64,000 bases of DNA from an uncultured Prolixibacteraceae bacterium (lineage in GTDB: Bacteria > Bacteroidota > Bacteroidia > Bacteroidales > Prolixibacteraceae). Location of the stretch: assembly GCA_964461455.1 (NCBI GenBank), contig CAYWUJ010000008.1, forward strand, positions 1,638 through 65,637, read 5' to 3'. Positions within the stretch are counted from its first letter, which is position 1; each line of letters begins with the position of its first letter. Below are positions 28,436 to 38,686 of this stretch, piece after piece. The translations under genes and the position numbers were made by a program. The notes beneath the pieces are model-generated. The model was not told the DNA's origin. It made no database searches and was given only the letters and a program-made list of their open reading frames with translations.

Positions 28436-29239
28436 ATGAAGTACGAAGGAAACATACTCAAAATGCGGGTGGAATATGACCACCCCGTCAGGTATTACCT
28501 GCCCCTGGGGAAGGAGGAGACCGGCATGAACGACCTGATCGGCCACAGGATCCGTCTCTCCTTCAGCGGAACCATTCACTGCATCTCCTGCGGAAAAGTC
28601 ACCCGCACCTCCTACGGTCAGGGTTTTTGTTACAGCTGTCTCCAAACGGCCCCTGAGGCCAGTGAGTCGGTGCTGCAGCCGGAACTCTCCAAAGCCCACT
28701 TCGGCGTGGCCCGTGATATCGCATATGCCCGGGAACACGACCTGATAGACCATGTTGTCTACCTGGCCATGTCGCCCGATGTGAAAGTCGGCGTCACCCG
28801 TCACCACCAGGTGCCCATCAGGTGGATCGACCAGGGAGCCAACGCCGCCGTCATCGTGGCCCGCACCCCCAACCGACACATCGCCGGCATCATGGAAGTG
28901 TGGCTGAAACAGTATTACTCTGACAAGACCAACTGGAGGGAAATGCTCATGGGCCGCCATCTTCCGGCAGAAACCCTGCTCACGGAAAAGGAAAGGGCGG
29001 CCTCCCTGCTCACTCCCGAACTGAAAAAATACCTCTCCGCCAACGATGACATCACCCTGATCGACTACCCGGTGACCGCACCTCCCCGGCAAATCAACAG
29101 CCTCACGTTTGACAAAACTCCCGTAGTGGAAGGCGTGCTGACGGGAATAAGAGGGCAGTACCTGATGATCGGCCATGACCAGGTCATCAATATGCGCCGC
29201 CATAGCGGATACCTGATCACCCTCGAAGGGATGGACTGA
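28436..29239 (+). CDS. DUF2797 domain protein
   Basis: C..CG...S..QGFCY.C, KVGVTR, RWIDQGA and GIRGQYL motifs. Confidence 0.85.
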   Translation: MKYEGNILKMRVEYDHPVRYYLPLGKEETGMNDLIGHRIRLSFSGTIHCISCGKVTRTSYGQGFCYSCLQTAPEASESVLQPELSKAHFGVARDIAYAREHDLIDHVVYLAMSPDVKVGVTRHHQVPIRWIDQGANAAVIVARTPNRHIAGIMEVWLKQYYSDKTNWREMLMGRHLPAETLLTEKERAASLLTPELKKYLSANDDITLIDYPVTAPPRQINSLTFDKTPVVEGVLTGIRGQYLMIGHDQVINMRRHSGYLITLEGMD

Positions 29240-29293
29240 TGAACCGGCATCGGCGAAGGGAGATTGTGCAACACCGGAAACGCTTTTCAAAAA

Positions 29294-29494
29294 ATGAAAC
29301 ATCAACCTGTAAAAAATAAAGAGATGAAATTCATCAATGCAGCTTTCAATGTGTCGGTGGCCCTTCTGGCCCTGATGGTGATCAACTATATCCTGCACGT
29401 GGTGGTGATCCCCCAGTGGATCATCATGGTGGTGCTCATGATTGCCGCCCTCCTTTTCTTTGGCAGGGTATACCTCAGAATGAGGGACCGGTAG
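29294..29494 (+). CDS. Small two-TM hypothetical membrane protein
   Basis: Two hydrophobic helices with host-like codon usage; start uncertain. Confidence 0.55.
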   Translation: MKHQPVKNKEMKFINAAFNVSVALLALMVINYILHVVVIPQWIIMVVLMIAALLFFGRVYLRMRDR

Positions 29495-29622
29495 GTTCCG
29501 GAGTGAAGCGGTTCTCTTTTTCGCTAAAACTGACCAATCTCCTGAATTCTTTCTCACTATTTTTGTTTATTTGAACGGCGATCCGTTAGGACACAGGAAG
29601 TGAACAATTAATTTATCTGGAT

Positions 29623-30636
29623 ATGGAAAATATAGACTGGAAAAATCTGGGTTTCGGTTACCGGAAGACCGATTACAATGTCCGTTGCACTTACCGTGAC
29701 GGCAAATGGGGGGAGCTGGAGCTGAGTTCTTCCGAAGTGATCAACATGCACATAGGGGCCACGGCCCTTCATTATGGCCAGGAGGCTTTTGAGGGGCTGA
29801 AGGCTTTCATGGGGAAAGACGGCAAAGTGAGGATTTTCAGGCTGGAAGAGAATGCCAAAAGGATGCAGAGTTCCTCGGAGGGCATCATGATGGCGCAGTT
29901 CCCCACCGAATTATTTGTGAAAGCGGTGAAAATGGCCGTGAAACTGAACAGGCAGTATATTCCCCCTTATGATTCGGGGGCTTCGCTCTATATCAGACCT
30001 CTCTTAATTGGTACGGGTGCCGAGATCGGCGTGAAACCCGCCAGTGAGTATCTTTTTATCGTCTTTGTCATGCCCGTGGGACCATATTTCCCCGAGGGTT
30101 TCAAACCTACCGACCTGGTCATCCTCAGGCAATATGACCGTGCCGCACCCCAGGGAACCGGAAAATACAAGGTCGGCGGTAACTATGCCGCCAGCATGGT
30201 GGCAGGTGTAAAAGCCAAAAAGGGAGGCTATTCGGCTGTTCTTTATCTCGACAGCAAGGAAAAGAAATATATCGACGAGTGCGGCCCTGCCAACTTCTTC
30301 GGCATCAAAAACAACACTTATGTCACTCCCGAGTCTGATTCCATTCTTCCGTCGATCACCAACAAGAGCCTGATGACCCTGGCTGCTGAAATCGGCATGA
30401 AGGTGGAACGACGCAAGGTGGCCTATGAGGAGCTGGTCACCTTCGAGGAAATCGGGGCCTGCGGAACAGCAGCCGTGATCTCTCCCATAAAAAGGATCTA
30501 CGATGCCGATGAGGATAAGGAATTTACCTATGGCACCGGCCCCGGGCCCTGGAGTACCAGGCTATATAACAAACTTAGGGCGATTCAGTATGGTGACGAG
30601 CCCGATAAGTTCGGCTGGACCACCATCGTGGAATAG
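29623..30636 (+). CDS. ilvE: Branched-chain amino acid aminotransferase
   Basis: LHYGQEAFEGLKA, YIRP, KVGGNYA (PLP lysine), ILPSIT and CGTAAVISP motifs. Confidence 0.95.
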   Translation: MENIDWKNLGFGYRKTDYNVRCTYRDGKWGELELSSSEVINMHIGATALHYGQEAFEGLKAFMGKDGKVRIFRLEENAKRMQSSSEGIMMAQFPTELFVKAVKMAVKLNRQYIPPYDSGASLYIRPLLIGTGAEIGVKPASEYLFIVFVMPVGPYFPEGFKPTDLVILRQYDRAAPQGTGKYKVGGNYAASMVAGVKAKKGGYSAVLYLDSKEKKYIDECGPANFFGIKNNTYVTPESDSILPSITNKSLMTLAAEIGMKVERRKVAYEELVTFEEIGACGTAAVISPIKRIYDADEDKEFTYGTGPGPWSTRLYNKLRAIQYGDEPDKFGWTTIVE

Positions 30637-30738
30637 TGGGTGATCCCCGGAATCAGTCAGGGAAGGCCCGGAAAAACCGCAGTGCTTTCATCATCCGTTA
30701 AGTGCTTTCTGACACCAGGGAATGCCCTTCCGCCGGGT

Positions 30739-30786
30739 AATGCTGCCTTGTTTTCCGCCCGGGAAACAGGGCAGCATTTTTCTTTT
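30739..30786 (+). terminator. Intrinsic terminator downstream of ilvE
   Basis: AATGCTGCCTTGTTTTCC-loop-GGGAAACAGGGCAGCATT followed by a T-rich tract. Confidence 0.7.
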
Positions 30787-30989
30787 GGGAACAGCACGCA
30801 TCGCCGCTGCCATGCCTTTCCCCTGATCTCTCAGAGGCCTGCGACCATAGGTGCCCCAGAAAACACGATAAATATTCATGGCAAAGTTGTATTTTTGTCA
30901 CTTCTAAAATCAGCAACACCACCGCCGGAACAGGGCTTCGCAGCCTGAGGCGGGTCAACACAGCTTACAAGTTATTAAAGAGTGACGAT

Positions 30990-32426
30990 ATGATCAGGAA
31001 AAAGGTGAGGGAGATCCTCGAAAACGGCCAGGCCGGCGCCGAAGTGCTGGTCAAGGGATGGGTACGTACCCGCAGGGGCAGTAAGAATGTGAATTTTGTA
31101 GCCCTGAATGATGGTTCGACCATCCGGAACCTTCAGGTGGTGGCCGACGTGAATGATTTCAGTGAGGATCTTCTCAGGGACCTCAACACGGGGGCTTCTT
31201 TGGCGGTGCGTGGTACCCTGGCGGCTTCCGCGGGCAGCGGTCAGCAGCTCGAGCTGATTGCCCGGGAGATTGAAGTCCTGGGAACCGCCGATCCCGAGAA
31301 GTTTCCCATACAGCCCAAGAAACACTCCCTGGAATTCCTCAGGGAGAATGCACATCTCCGCTTCCGCACCAACACTTTCGGGGCGATCTTCAGAATCAGA
31401 CATGCCATGGCTTTTGCCATCCATGACTATTTCAACCGGCATGGCTTTGTCTATCTCCACACCCCCATCATTACGGCTTCCGATGCCGAAGGGGCCGGAC
31501 AGATGTTCAGGGTGACCACGCTTGACGCCCTGAAACCCCCGCTGACCGGGGAGGGAAAAGTCGATTTCAGCGCCGATTTCTTTGGCAAGCCTACCAACCT
31601 GACGGTTTCCGGCCAGCTGGAAGGAGAACTGGGAGCCACCGCCCTGGGAGACATCTATACCTTCGGTCCTACTTTCAGGGCCGAAAACTCCAATACCACC
31701 CGTCACCTGGCAGAATTCTGGATGATAGAACCCGAAATGGCCTTCTATGACCTCAAAGACAACATGGACCTGGCCGAGGACTTCCTGAAGTCCCTCATTC
31801 GTTATGCCCTGGAACACTGCGCCGACGACCTGGCCTTCATGGCCGGCCGCCTGAAAGAGGAGGAAAAGGGAAAACCCCAGGACCAGCAGTCGATGGACCT
31901 GATCGAAAAACTGAAATTTGTGGCCGACAACGACTTTGTGCGCCTTACCTACACCGAAGCCATCGATATCCTCCGGAACTCCAACCACTACAAGAAGAAG
32001 AAATTCCAGTTCCCCGTGGAGTGGGGCGTTGACCTTCAGAGCGAACACGAACGCTACCTGGTGGAAAAACACTTCCAAAAACCGGTCATCCTGATTAATT
32101 ATCCCCGCGAGATCAAGGCTTTCTACATGAAACAGAACGATGACGGCGCCACGGTGGCTGCCATGGACGTTCTCTTCCCCCAAATCGGGGAGATCATCGG
32201 CGGTTCGCAACGCGAAGAGGATTACGACAAGCTGGTGGCCCGCATGCAGGAGATGAATATTCCCACGGAAGAGATGTGGTGGTACCTCGACACCCGTCGT
32301 TTCGGAACAGTCCCCCACAGCGGCTTTGGCCTCGGTTTCGAACGGTTTGTCCTTTTCATCACCGGCATGGGAAATATCAGGGATGTCATCGCCTTCCCCA
32401 GGACTCCCAGAAACGCAGAATTCTGA
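30990..32426 (+). CDS. asnS: Asparagine--tRNA ligase
   Basis: [38 protein letters not shown] and GFGLGFER motifs. Confidence 0.97.
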   Translation: MIRKKVREILENGQAGAEVLVKGWVRTRRGSKNVNFVALNDGSTIRNLQVVADVNDFSEDLLRDLNTGASLAVRGTLAASAGSGQQLELIAREIEVLGTADPEKFPIQPKKHSLEFLRENAHLRFRTNTFGAIFRIRHAMAFAIHDYFNRHGFVYLHTPIITASDAEGAGQMFRVTTLDALKPPLTGEGKVDFSADFFGKPTNLTVSGQLEGELGATALGDIYTFGPTFRAENSNTTRHLAEFWMIEPEMAFYDLKDNMDLAEDFLKSLIRYALEHCADDLAFMAGRLKEEEKGKPQDQQSMDLIEKLKFVADNDFVRLTYTEAIDILRNSNHYKKKKFQFPVEWGVDLQSEHERYLVEKHFQKPVILINYPREIKAFYMKQNDDGATVAAMDVLFPQIGEIIGGSQREEDYDKLVARMQEMNIPTEEMWWYLDTRRFGTVPHSGFGLGFERFVLFITGMGNIRDVIAFPRTPRNAEF

Positions 32427-32464
32427 AAAAATTGCTAATTTTGAGGTTGCCCAATAACCGGTGA

Positions 32465-33919
32465 ATGGAACAAAGACTCTCATTACAGCAGAAATTGCTC
32501 CAGAAACTTTCGCCTCAGCAAATTCAGGTGATCAAGTTGCTGGAGATTCCTGCCCTTCAGCTTGAACAGCGTATCAAAAAAGAGCTGGAGGAGAACCCTG
32601 CCCTTGATGCGGAGGAGGAATCCTCTTATGAAGGAGAGGAAGAGAGTGCACCGGAATTACGATCCGATAACGATAAGGACAATGAGGAGTTTTCGGTCGA
32701 GGACTATATGCCTGAGGATGAAATTCCGGGATACCGGCTGCAGACCAATAACTACTCTTCCGAAGATCGGCAGACCGACATTCCCTTTTCGGTGGGCGAT
32801 ACCTTTCATGAGTTTTTGCTTGAGCAGGCGGGGATGGACAGTTTTAACGAGAGGGAACTGCAACTGGCCGAATATATCATTGGCAATATCGATGAGGATG
32901 GGTATCTGCGTCGTGACCTTCCCTCCATCAGCGATGATCTGGCCTTTCATCTCAACATGAGCGTCAGCGAAGAGGAGCTGGCCAGGATACTGCAGGTGAT
33001 CCAGAGTTTTGACCCTCCGGGGGTGGGAGCCCGCGACCTCCAGGAGTCCCTGCTGCTTCAGCTGGAGAGAAGACAGGGAGAATCGCGTAAACTGGCGACC
33101 GCCATCATCAGGGATTATTTCGAGGAGTTTACCCGGAAGCATTACGACAAGATTTCCCGTCGTCTTAACATCGACGATGCAGAACTGAAAAATGCTGTAG
33201 ACCTCATTCTTAAGCTCAACCCCAAGCCGGGGAGTTCCTACAGCAATCCTCTCAATAAGTCAAACCAGCATATTGTGCCCGATTTTTTGCTCGAGGTCGT
33301 CGACGGGGAGCTGCAGTTGAGCCTGAACCAGAAAAATATGCCTGAACTGCGGATCAACGAGTCCTATCTCGACATGCTCCGTACCCTTTCGCGTGAAAAA
33401 AACGGATCGGCCAGGGGCACCCGGGAGGCCGCTTCTTTTGTGAAGCAGAAACTCGACTCGGCCAAGTGGTTCATCGACGCCATCAGGCAGCGGCAGCAAA
33501 CGCTGCTGGTCACCATGTCAGAAATCATTGACCTCCAGAAGGAGTATTTCATGGATGGCGACGAGACCCGGCTGAAACCCATGATCCTCAAGGATATCGC
33601 GGAACGTACCGGTCTCGACATCTCCACCATATCACGGGTCTCCAACAGCAAATATATCCAGACCCACTTCGGCATATACCCCCTGAAATATTTCTTCTCT
33701 GAGGCCATGCAGAAAGACTCCGGAGAAGAAGTGTCGACCCGGGAAATCAAAATGATCCTCAAGGAGTGTATCGATAACGAAGATAAGCGTCACCCGGTGA
33801 CTGACGAAAGACTGACCGAGATCCTCAGGGAAAAATCGTATAATATAGCCCGCCGTACGGTGGCCAAATACCGCGAACAACTCGACATTCCGGTGGCGCG
33901 CCTGAGAAAAGAGCTCTGA
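32465..33919 (+). CDS. rpoN: RNA polymerase sigma-54 factor
   Basis: Q/L-rich region I, STISRV and the RpoN box ARRTVAKYRE. Confidence 0.97.
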   Translation: MEQRLSLQQKLLQKLSPQQIQVIKLLEIPALQLEQRIKKELEENPALDAEEESSYEGEEESAPELRSDNDKDNEEFSVEDYMPEDEIPGYRLQTNNYSSEDRQTDIPFSVGDTFHEFLLEQAGMDSFNERELQLAEYIIGNIDEDGYLRRDLPSISDDLAFHLNMSVSEEELARILQVIQSFDPPGVGARDLQESLLLQLERRQGESRKLATAIIRDYFEEFTRKHYDKISRRLNIDDAELKNAVDLILKLNPKPGSSYSNPLNKSNQHIVPDFLLEVVDGELQLSLNQKNMPELRINESYLDMLRTLSREKNGSARGTREAASFVKQKLDSAKWFIDAIRQRQQTLLVTMSEIIDLQKEYFMDGDETRLKPMILKDIAERTGLDISTISRVSNSKYIQTHFGIYPLKYFFSEAMQKDSGEEVSTREIKMILKECIDNEDKRHPVTDERLTEILREKSYNIARRTVAKYREQLDIPVARLRKEL

Positions 33920-33981
33920 CCCGGGCCATTCCCTGAAATATTCCCGGCCGATGGTTATCCCCCGCACCAGATTCCCGGCGA

Positions 33982-34683
33982 CTACTCCCTGAACTTATAC
34001 CCTATGCCCTTGAGCGTTTTGATGTAGTCATTGCCGATTTTTTCGCGCAACTTCCTGATATGTACGTCGATGGTGCGATCTCCCACCACAACGTTATCCC
34101 CCCAAACCGAAAAATAGATCTCCTCGCGGGTGAAAACTTTCCCGGGTTTTGAGACCAGCAGGGAGAGGAGTTCGAACTCCTTCCGGGGAAGCACCATTTC
34201 TTCATGGCCGATTTTGACCAGGTATCTCTCCTTGTCGATCACGAGCTCTCCGAAAGTCAGGGTGTTCTCGGTATGGGGAGCTTCCGTTTCCGTGATGGCG
34301 GGTCCCAGCCTCTTCAGAAGGGCTTTGACCCTGCTCACCAAAACCTTGGGGCGGATGGGCTTGGTGATGTAATCGTCGGCTCCCGCCTCAAAACCCGCAA
34401 TCTGTGAGTAGTCTTCCCCCCGGGCCGTCAGGAAGGCAATAAGGGTATGTTGTAATACCGGAATCTTCCTGATCTCCTCACAGGTGGTGATCCCATCCAT
34501 CTCGGGCATCATCAGGTCAAGGAGAATCAGATGGGGCTGATTTTTCTCGGCAATTTTCAGGGCCTCCTTTCCATTGTTGGCCGTGAAAACTGTAAAGCCC
34601 TCTTTTTCAAGGTTGTAGCTGATGAATTCCAGAATGTCATCTTCGTCATCGACCAGTAAAATCTTTAATTTCTCGTCACTCAT
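33982..34683 (-). CDS. OmpR/PhoB-family response regulator
   Basis: Receiver domain LVDD...LLDLMMP...DDYITKP and winged helix RTIDVHIRKLREKIG. Confidence 0.93.
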   Translation of the reverse strand: MSDEKLKILLVDDEDDILEFISYNLEKEGFTVFTANNGKEALKIAEKNQPHLILLDLMMPEMDGITTCEEIRKIPVLQHTLIAFLTARGEDYSQIAGFEAGADDYITKPIRPKVLVSRVKALLKRLGPAITETEAPHTENTLTFGELVIDKERYLVKIGHEEMVLPRKEFELLSLLVSKPGKVFTREEIYFSVWGDNVVVGDRTIDVHIRKLREKIGNDYIKTLKGIGYKFRE

Positions 34684-34771
34684 GGAGCCTGAATTTTCTT
34701 TTATAGTTCAAATTTACTCAATTTGATGATCTTTTAATGATCGCTGCGGAAAAAGGAGAATTCCGGTCGGG

Positions 34772-35812
34772 TCATCGTGACTTTTCAAGGGTAAAGGTGA
34801 AGGTGGTGCCTTCGTTGACCTTGCTTTTCACGTTGATACGCTGGTTGTGGGCTTCGATGATATGTTTGACGATGGAGAGTCCCAGGCCGGTTCCCCCCTG
34901 TTCCCTGCTCCGTGATTTGTCGACCCTGTAAAACCTCTCAAATACCCGGGGAAGATCTTTTTTCTCCATCCCGATCCCGTTATCGGATACCTCCACCATA
35001 ATATGATCTTCCATGTCATAAAAGCCGACCCTGACATATCCCTCTTTTTTACCGTATTTTATCGCGTTATTAATGAGGTTGTTGAGAACTTCGTTCATTC
35101 TCTTTCTGTCGGCATTTACATAAATGGGACGGTCGGGACGGCTGACAAACTCCAGGCTGACATTTCTTTCGGCGGCCTGCATCTGTTCCAGTTCAAAAAC
35201 TTCGTCGACAAGTCTGACAATATCGAATTTTCCGGTGTCAAGTTTGAGTTCCCCCGATTCCAGTTTGGTGATCGATTCGAGGTCTTCCACGATCGATATC
35301 ATCCTGTTGATGCTGTTTTCGGTGCGCTGCAGGTAAAGCTTGTTGATCTTGGGATCATCGATTCCGCCTTCAAGCAGGGTCAGTACGTAGCCCTGAATGT
35401 TGAAGATGGGGGTTTTCAACTCATGGGATACGTTTCCCACAAACTCTTTCCGGTATCGTTCGAGTTCAATGAGCCGCTCGATTTCCTGGGTCTGTTTCAT
35501 GGCCCACTCCTCGGCATCGCTGATCACCTCTGACAAAAGATTTCCGCTGCTGTCGTCTTTATGGCTGTTTTTTCTGTTTCCTCCCGGAAGATCGAGGATG
35601 GTCTTGTATACCGGTTTGATTTTGTCACTGATGAACCTTTTAAGCAGGTACTGAAGAGCAAAATAGGAAAGGCCAATATAAAGGGCAAATAATAAAAGGA
35701 TGATGAAAAAGCCGGCGTTGACATAATAGGCCGTCAGAACCAGAAATCCGGCAAAAAGAGAGAGAATGACCGATATGTAAAGCGAGAGCTGTCGCGGCGA
35801 ATAGGTTTTCAT
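34772..35812 (-). CDS. PhoR-like sensor histidine kinase
   Basis: NVSHELKTP, NLINNAIKY, DNGIG, FERFYRVDKSRSR and GGTGLGL motifs; two N-terminal TMs. True start is probably ATG 35812, because the longer ORF runs into the repeat element. Confidence 0.92.
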   Translation of the reverse strand: MKTYSPRQLSLYISVILSLFAGFLVLTAYYVNAGFFIILLLFALYIGLSYFALQYLLKRFISDKIKPVYKTILDLPGGNRKNSHKDDSSGNLLSEVISDAEEWAMKQTQEIERLIELERYRKEFVGNVSHELKTPIFNIQGYVLTLLEGGIDDPKINKLYLQRTENSINRMISIVEDLESITKLESGELKLDTGKFDIVRLVDEVFELEQMQAAERNVSLEFVSRPDRPIYVNADRKRMNEVLNNLINNAIKYGKKEGYVRVGFYDMEDHIMVEVSDNGIGMEKKDLPRVFERFYRVDKSRSREQGGTGLGLSIVKHIIEAHNQRINVKSKVNEGTTFTFTLEKSR

Positions 35813-35842
35813 GTGAATAAATTGTTTGTTTTTAACGGCCAC

Positions 35843-35954
35843 ATGTAATACCCATGTGGTTATATTGGCGGTCATTGCCCGTTTTCAGCGGTCGCCAGGA
35901 ATAGCTTCGCTATTTCATCACGGTTGGTGCATAAATATGGCATGGGTATTTCAT
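35843..35954 (-). repeat. ~112-bp structured leader element, copy A
   Basis: Minus strand reads ATGAAATACCCATG...GAAATAGCGAAGCTATTCCTGGCGACCGCTGAAAACGGGCAATGACCGCCA...CATGGGTATTACAT; near-identical to 38533-38643 and 56337-56448. Confidence 0.95.
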
Positions 35955-35972
35955 AATCACATCACAGAGGGG

Positions 35973-35980
35973 CAAAAATA
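35973..35980 (-). promoter_or_regulatory. -7 promoter element upstream of repeat copy A and the kinase gene
   Basis: TATTTTTG (TAnnTTTG) on the minus strand. Confidence 0.6.
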
Positions 35981-36027
35981 GCGAATTTTAAGGTTAAAGT
36001 GATTAATCGCTGATATTTAGTAAATTG

Positions 36028-36092
36028 ATGTTTTGTTAATGTTTTTTTAATATCTTTCGAATTGAACAAAAAGGTCATTATTCCTACTTTTG
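36028..36092 (+). promoter_or_regulatory. PiT promoter with 11-bp-period direct repeats (candidate Pho box)
   Basis: ATGTTTTGTTA/ATGTTTTTTTA/ATATCTTTCGA, then TTG, a 20-nt spacer and TACTTTTG (36085-36092). Confidence 0.45.
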
Positions 36093-36114
36093 CACCCAAT
36101 CAAGAAATCGATAC

Positions 36115-38379
36115 ATGGAAAATTTCTACCTGATTCTGGTTGTTATCCTGTTCGCCCTCGCCATAAGCGACCTGATCGTAGGTGTCTCGAATGATGCCGT
36201 TAATTTCCTCAATTCTGCCGTTGGATCCAAAGCTGCGCCCAAGTGGGTTATTTTTCTCATGGCTGCTTTGGGGGTACTTATAGGAGCGACTTTCTCCACG
36301 GGCATGATGGAGGTGGCCCGCAAGGGAGTTTTTCATCCCGACATGTTTGTTTTTTCCGAGATTATGGTGCTCTTTCTGGCAGTAATGATCACGGATATCA
36401 TCCTGCTTGACACCTTTAACTCCCTGGGGTTGCCCACCTCCACCACCGTTTCCCTGGTCTTTGAGTTGCTGGGCTCGGCGGTGGCGGTTTCCCTGGTGAA
36501 GATCAAGACCCTGGGGGGTACTTTTGCCGACCTTGCGCAGTATGTCAATACCGGCAAGGCCCTGGCCATCATCACCGGGATTCTGTTGTCGATCATCATC
36601 GCGTTTTCTTTCGGAACCCTGGTCCAGTATCTGGTCAGGTTGATCTTCACTTTCCGCTACAAGCGGAAACTCAAATACCTGGGGAGTATCTTCGGCGGAA
36701 TTGCCATTACCATGATCACCTATTTTATCCTGATCAAGGGCATCGACGGCAGTTCATTTGCGGAATTTCCTGTGGGCTCCCCGGAAATTCCCATGGGGGA
36801 ATGGATCAAGACCCACACCGGATTGCTGCTGCTGGCCAGTTTGCTGGGGTGGACGGGAATCATCCAGGTGTTGTACTGGTTGTTTAAAATCGATATTCTG
36901 AAGGTGGTGGTTTTAGCCGGAACCTTCGCCCTGGCCATGGCCTTTGCCGGGAACGACCTGGTCAACTTCATCGGGGTTCCCATGGCCGGTTTCAACTCCT
37001 TTCAGGCCTGGATGGCTTCAGGGGGTTTGGCTCCCGGGGAGTTCCGCATGGATATGCTCCTGGGTGAAGTGGATACCCCCTTTATTTTCCTGCTGATTGC
37101 CGGTCTGGTAATGATTATCACCCTGATTACCAGCAAGAAGGCACATGCTGTGGTCCAAACAGGGGTTAACCTGAGCCGCCAGGCCGAGGGGGCTGAGCGC
37201 TTTGGTTCGTCGGCCATCGCCCGTGCCGTGGTCCGCAGTTCTGTCAGACTCAACAAAAAGGTGAAAGGCCGTCTTCCCGAAAAGATCAACGGTTTCATCA
37301 TGAACCGTTTTTCTCCTGTGGAGGCCATCGATGACCCCAATGCCCCGGCCTTTGACAAGATCAGGGCGGCGGTCAACCTGGTGGTGGCCAGCAGCCTTAT
37401 TGCCCTGGGAACCTCCCTGAAGCTGCCCCTGTCAACGACCTATGTGACCTTTATGGTGGCCATGGGAACCTCCCTGGCCGACAGGGCCTGGGGCAGGGAA
37501 AGCGCCGTTTACCGCGTTTCGGGGGTCTTTGCCGTGGTCGGAGGATGGTTCCTTACCGCCATCGTGGCCTTTACGGTGAGCGCCCTGATCGCCTGGACCA
37601 TCAGCGCCGGCGGAATGCCCGTCATCATCGGCCTCATCATCCTGGCCATCGTCCTGGTCATCAGAACCCACATCTCCTTCCGCAGGAAAAATAAGAACCT
37701 CCCCGATGATGAAGAACTGATCTCCGAAGTCGACGAAGCCGGAAAAAGAATCGAAAAATGCACCAGCCAGGTGGTCAAAACCATCATCTCCTCCAATAAG
37801 ATCTTCTCCTTTGCCCTGGAAAGTTTCCTGAAGGAGGATGTCGGGCATATGCGCGAAGCCATGGAGATGAACAACCAACTGAATATTAAAACCAAAAAAC
37901 AGAAAAACAAGATCATACAGACCATCTCCAAGATGAAACGGGTCGACGTTGACGCCGGGTATTTCTTTATCCAGGTTATCGATTACCAGCGTGAAATTGC
38001 CCACTCCCTTCATTTCCTGGTCGACCCCCTCAGGGAACACCTCGAAAACCAGCACAAGCCTTTCACTGAAAGCCAGGCCCACGAAATGAAACAGATGGTC
38101 ACCGAAATCGATGAGTTCTTTAATCTCTCCATCCATATTGTCAAAGAAGGAAAATTCGAGGCCATTGATGATCTGGTATCCCTGAGGTTGCGCATCATCG
38201 AAACCCTCTACGAAATTGAAAAGGACCAGGTGAAGCGAATCAAAAACAAGGAGGTGAACACCCGGAATTCCCTGCTTTTCTTCAAGGCGCTGACCGAAAC
38301 CAAAAATATGCTCCTCCACACGGTGAACCTGATTAAGTCATACCGTGACTTCATGCTGGTCAACCAGAAGGGCTTCTGA
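36115..38379 (+). CDS. Inorganic phosphate transporter (PiT family) with a C-terminal PhoU-like helical region
   Basis: Two PiT signatures (GVSNDAVN...GLPTSTT and AGNDLVN...LPLSTT) plus a ~230-aa soluble helical tail. Confidence 0.9.
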   Translation: MENFYLILVVILFALAISDLIVGVSNDAVNFLNSAVGSKAAPKWVIFLMAALGVLIGATFSTGMMEVARKGVFHPDMFVFSEIMVLFLAVMITDIILLDTFNSLGLPTSTTVSLVFELLGSAVAVSLVKIKTLGGTFADLAQYVNTGKALAIITGILLSIIIAFSFGTLVQYLVRLIFTFRYKRKLKYLGSIFGGIAITMITYFILIKGIDGSSFAEFPVGSPEIPMGEWIKTHTGLLLLASLLGWTGIIQVLYWLFKIDILKVVVLAGTFALAMAFAGNDLVNFIGVPMAGFNSFQAWMASGGLAPGEFRMDMLLGEVDTPFIFLLIAGLVMIITLITSKKAHAVVQTGVNLSRQAEGAERFGSSAIARAVVRSSVRLNKKVKGRLPEKINGFIMNRFSPVEAIDDPNAPAFDKIRAAVNLVVASSLIALGTSLKLPLSTTYVTFMVAMGTSLADRAWGRESAVYRVSGVFAVVGGWFLTAIVAFTVSALIAWTISAGGMPVIIGLIILAIVLVIRTHISFRRKNKNLPDDEELISEVDEAGKRIEKCTSQVVKTIISSNKIFSFALESFLKEDVGHMREAMEMNNQLNIKTKKQKNKIIQTISKMKRVDVDAGYFFIQVIDYQREIAHSLHFLVDPLREHLENQHKPFTESQAHEMKQMVTEIDEFFNLSIHIVKEGKFEAIDDLVSLRLRIIETLYEIEKDQVKRIKNKEVNTRNSLLFFKALTETKNMLLHTVNLIKSYRDFMLVNQKGF

Positions 38380-38423
38380 TTTTCCCTTTTTCCATCGGAA
38401 CATTCAAAAGTTCAAAATATCAG

Positions 38424-38467
38424 ATGGCCGGTGACTCCATTTCAGGGGGCAACCGGCCATTTTTTTG
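38424..38467 (+). terminator. Intrinsic terminator after the PiT gene
   Basis: ATGGCCGGT...ACCGGCCAT followed by a T7 tract. Confidence 0.75.
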
Positions 38468-38532
38468 GGTGATTTGGCTTCATATTCCGGGGAATTCCTA
38501 TTTTAGCGGAGTTACTGAAAATCATAAAAATG

Positions 38533-38643
38533 ATGAAATACCCATGCATCAATTATGCACCAACCGGAATGAAATAGCGAAGCTATTCCTGGCGACCGCT
38601 GAAAACAGGCAATGACCGCCAAATAACCACATGGGTATTACAT
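38533..38643 (+). repeat. ~112-bp structured leader element, copy B
   Basis: ATGAAATACCCATG...GAAATAGCGAAGCTATTCCTGGCGACCGCTGAAAACAGGCAATGACCGCCA...CATGGGTATTACAT. Confidence 0.95.
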
Positions 38644-38686
38644 CTGTTTCAGGAATTCAACCATGTCAAAGTAATAATTTAAACAC

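Noticed and set aside
30975-32483. 502-aa ORF antisense to asnS, and similar long antisense ORFs (267-1118, 10260-11177, 19309-20601, 45433-46950, 53224-54444)
   Set aside because: Shadow ORFs opposite clear genes, expected from GC-biased third codon positions; no recognisable motifs.
35843-35954. Hammerhead ribozyme reading of the repeat (TGATGA...GAAA)
   Set aside because: The core is GTGATGA or GAATGA rather than CTGANGA, and GAAA does not directly follow the stem-II-like hairpin.
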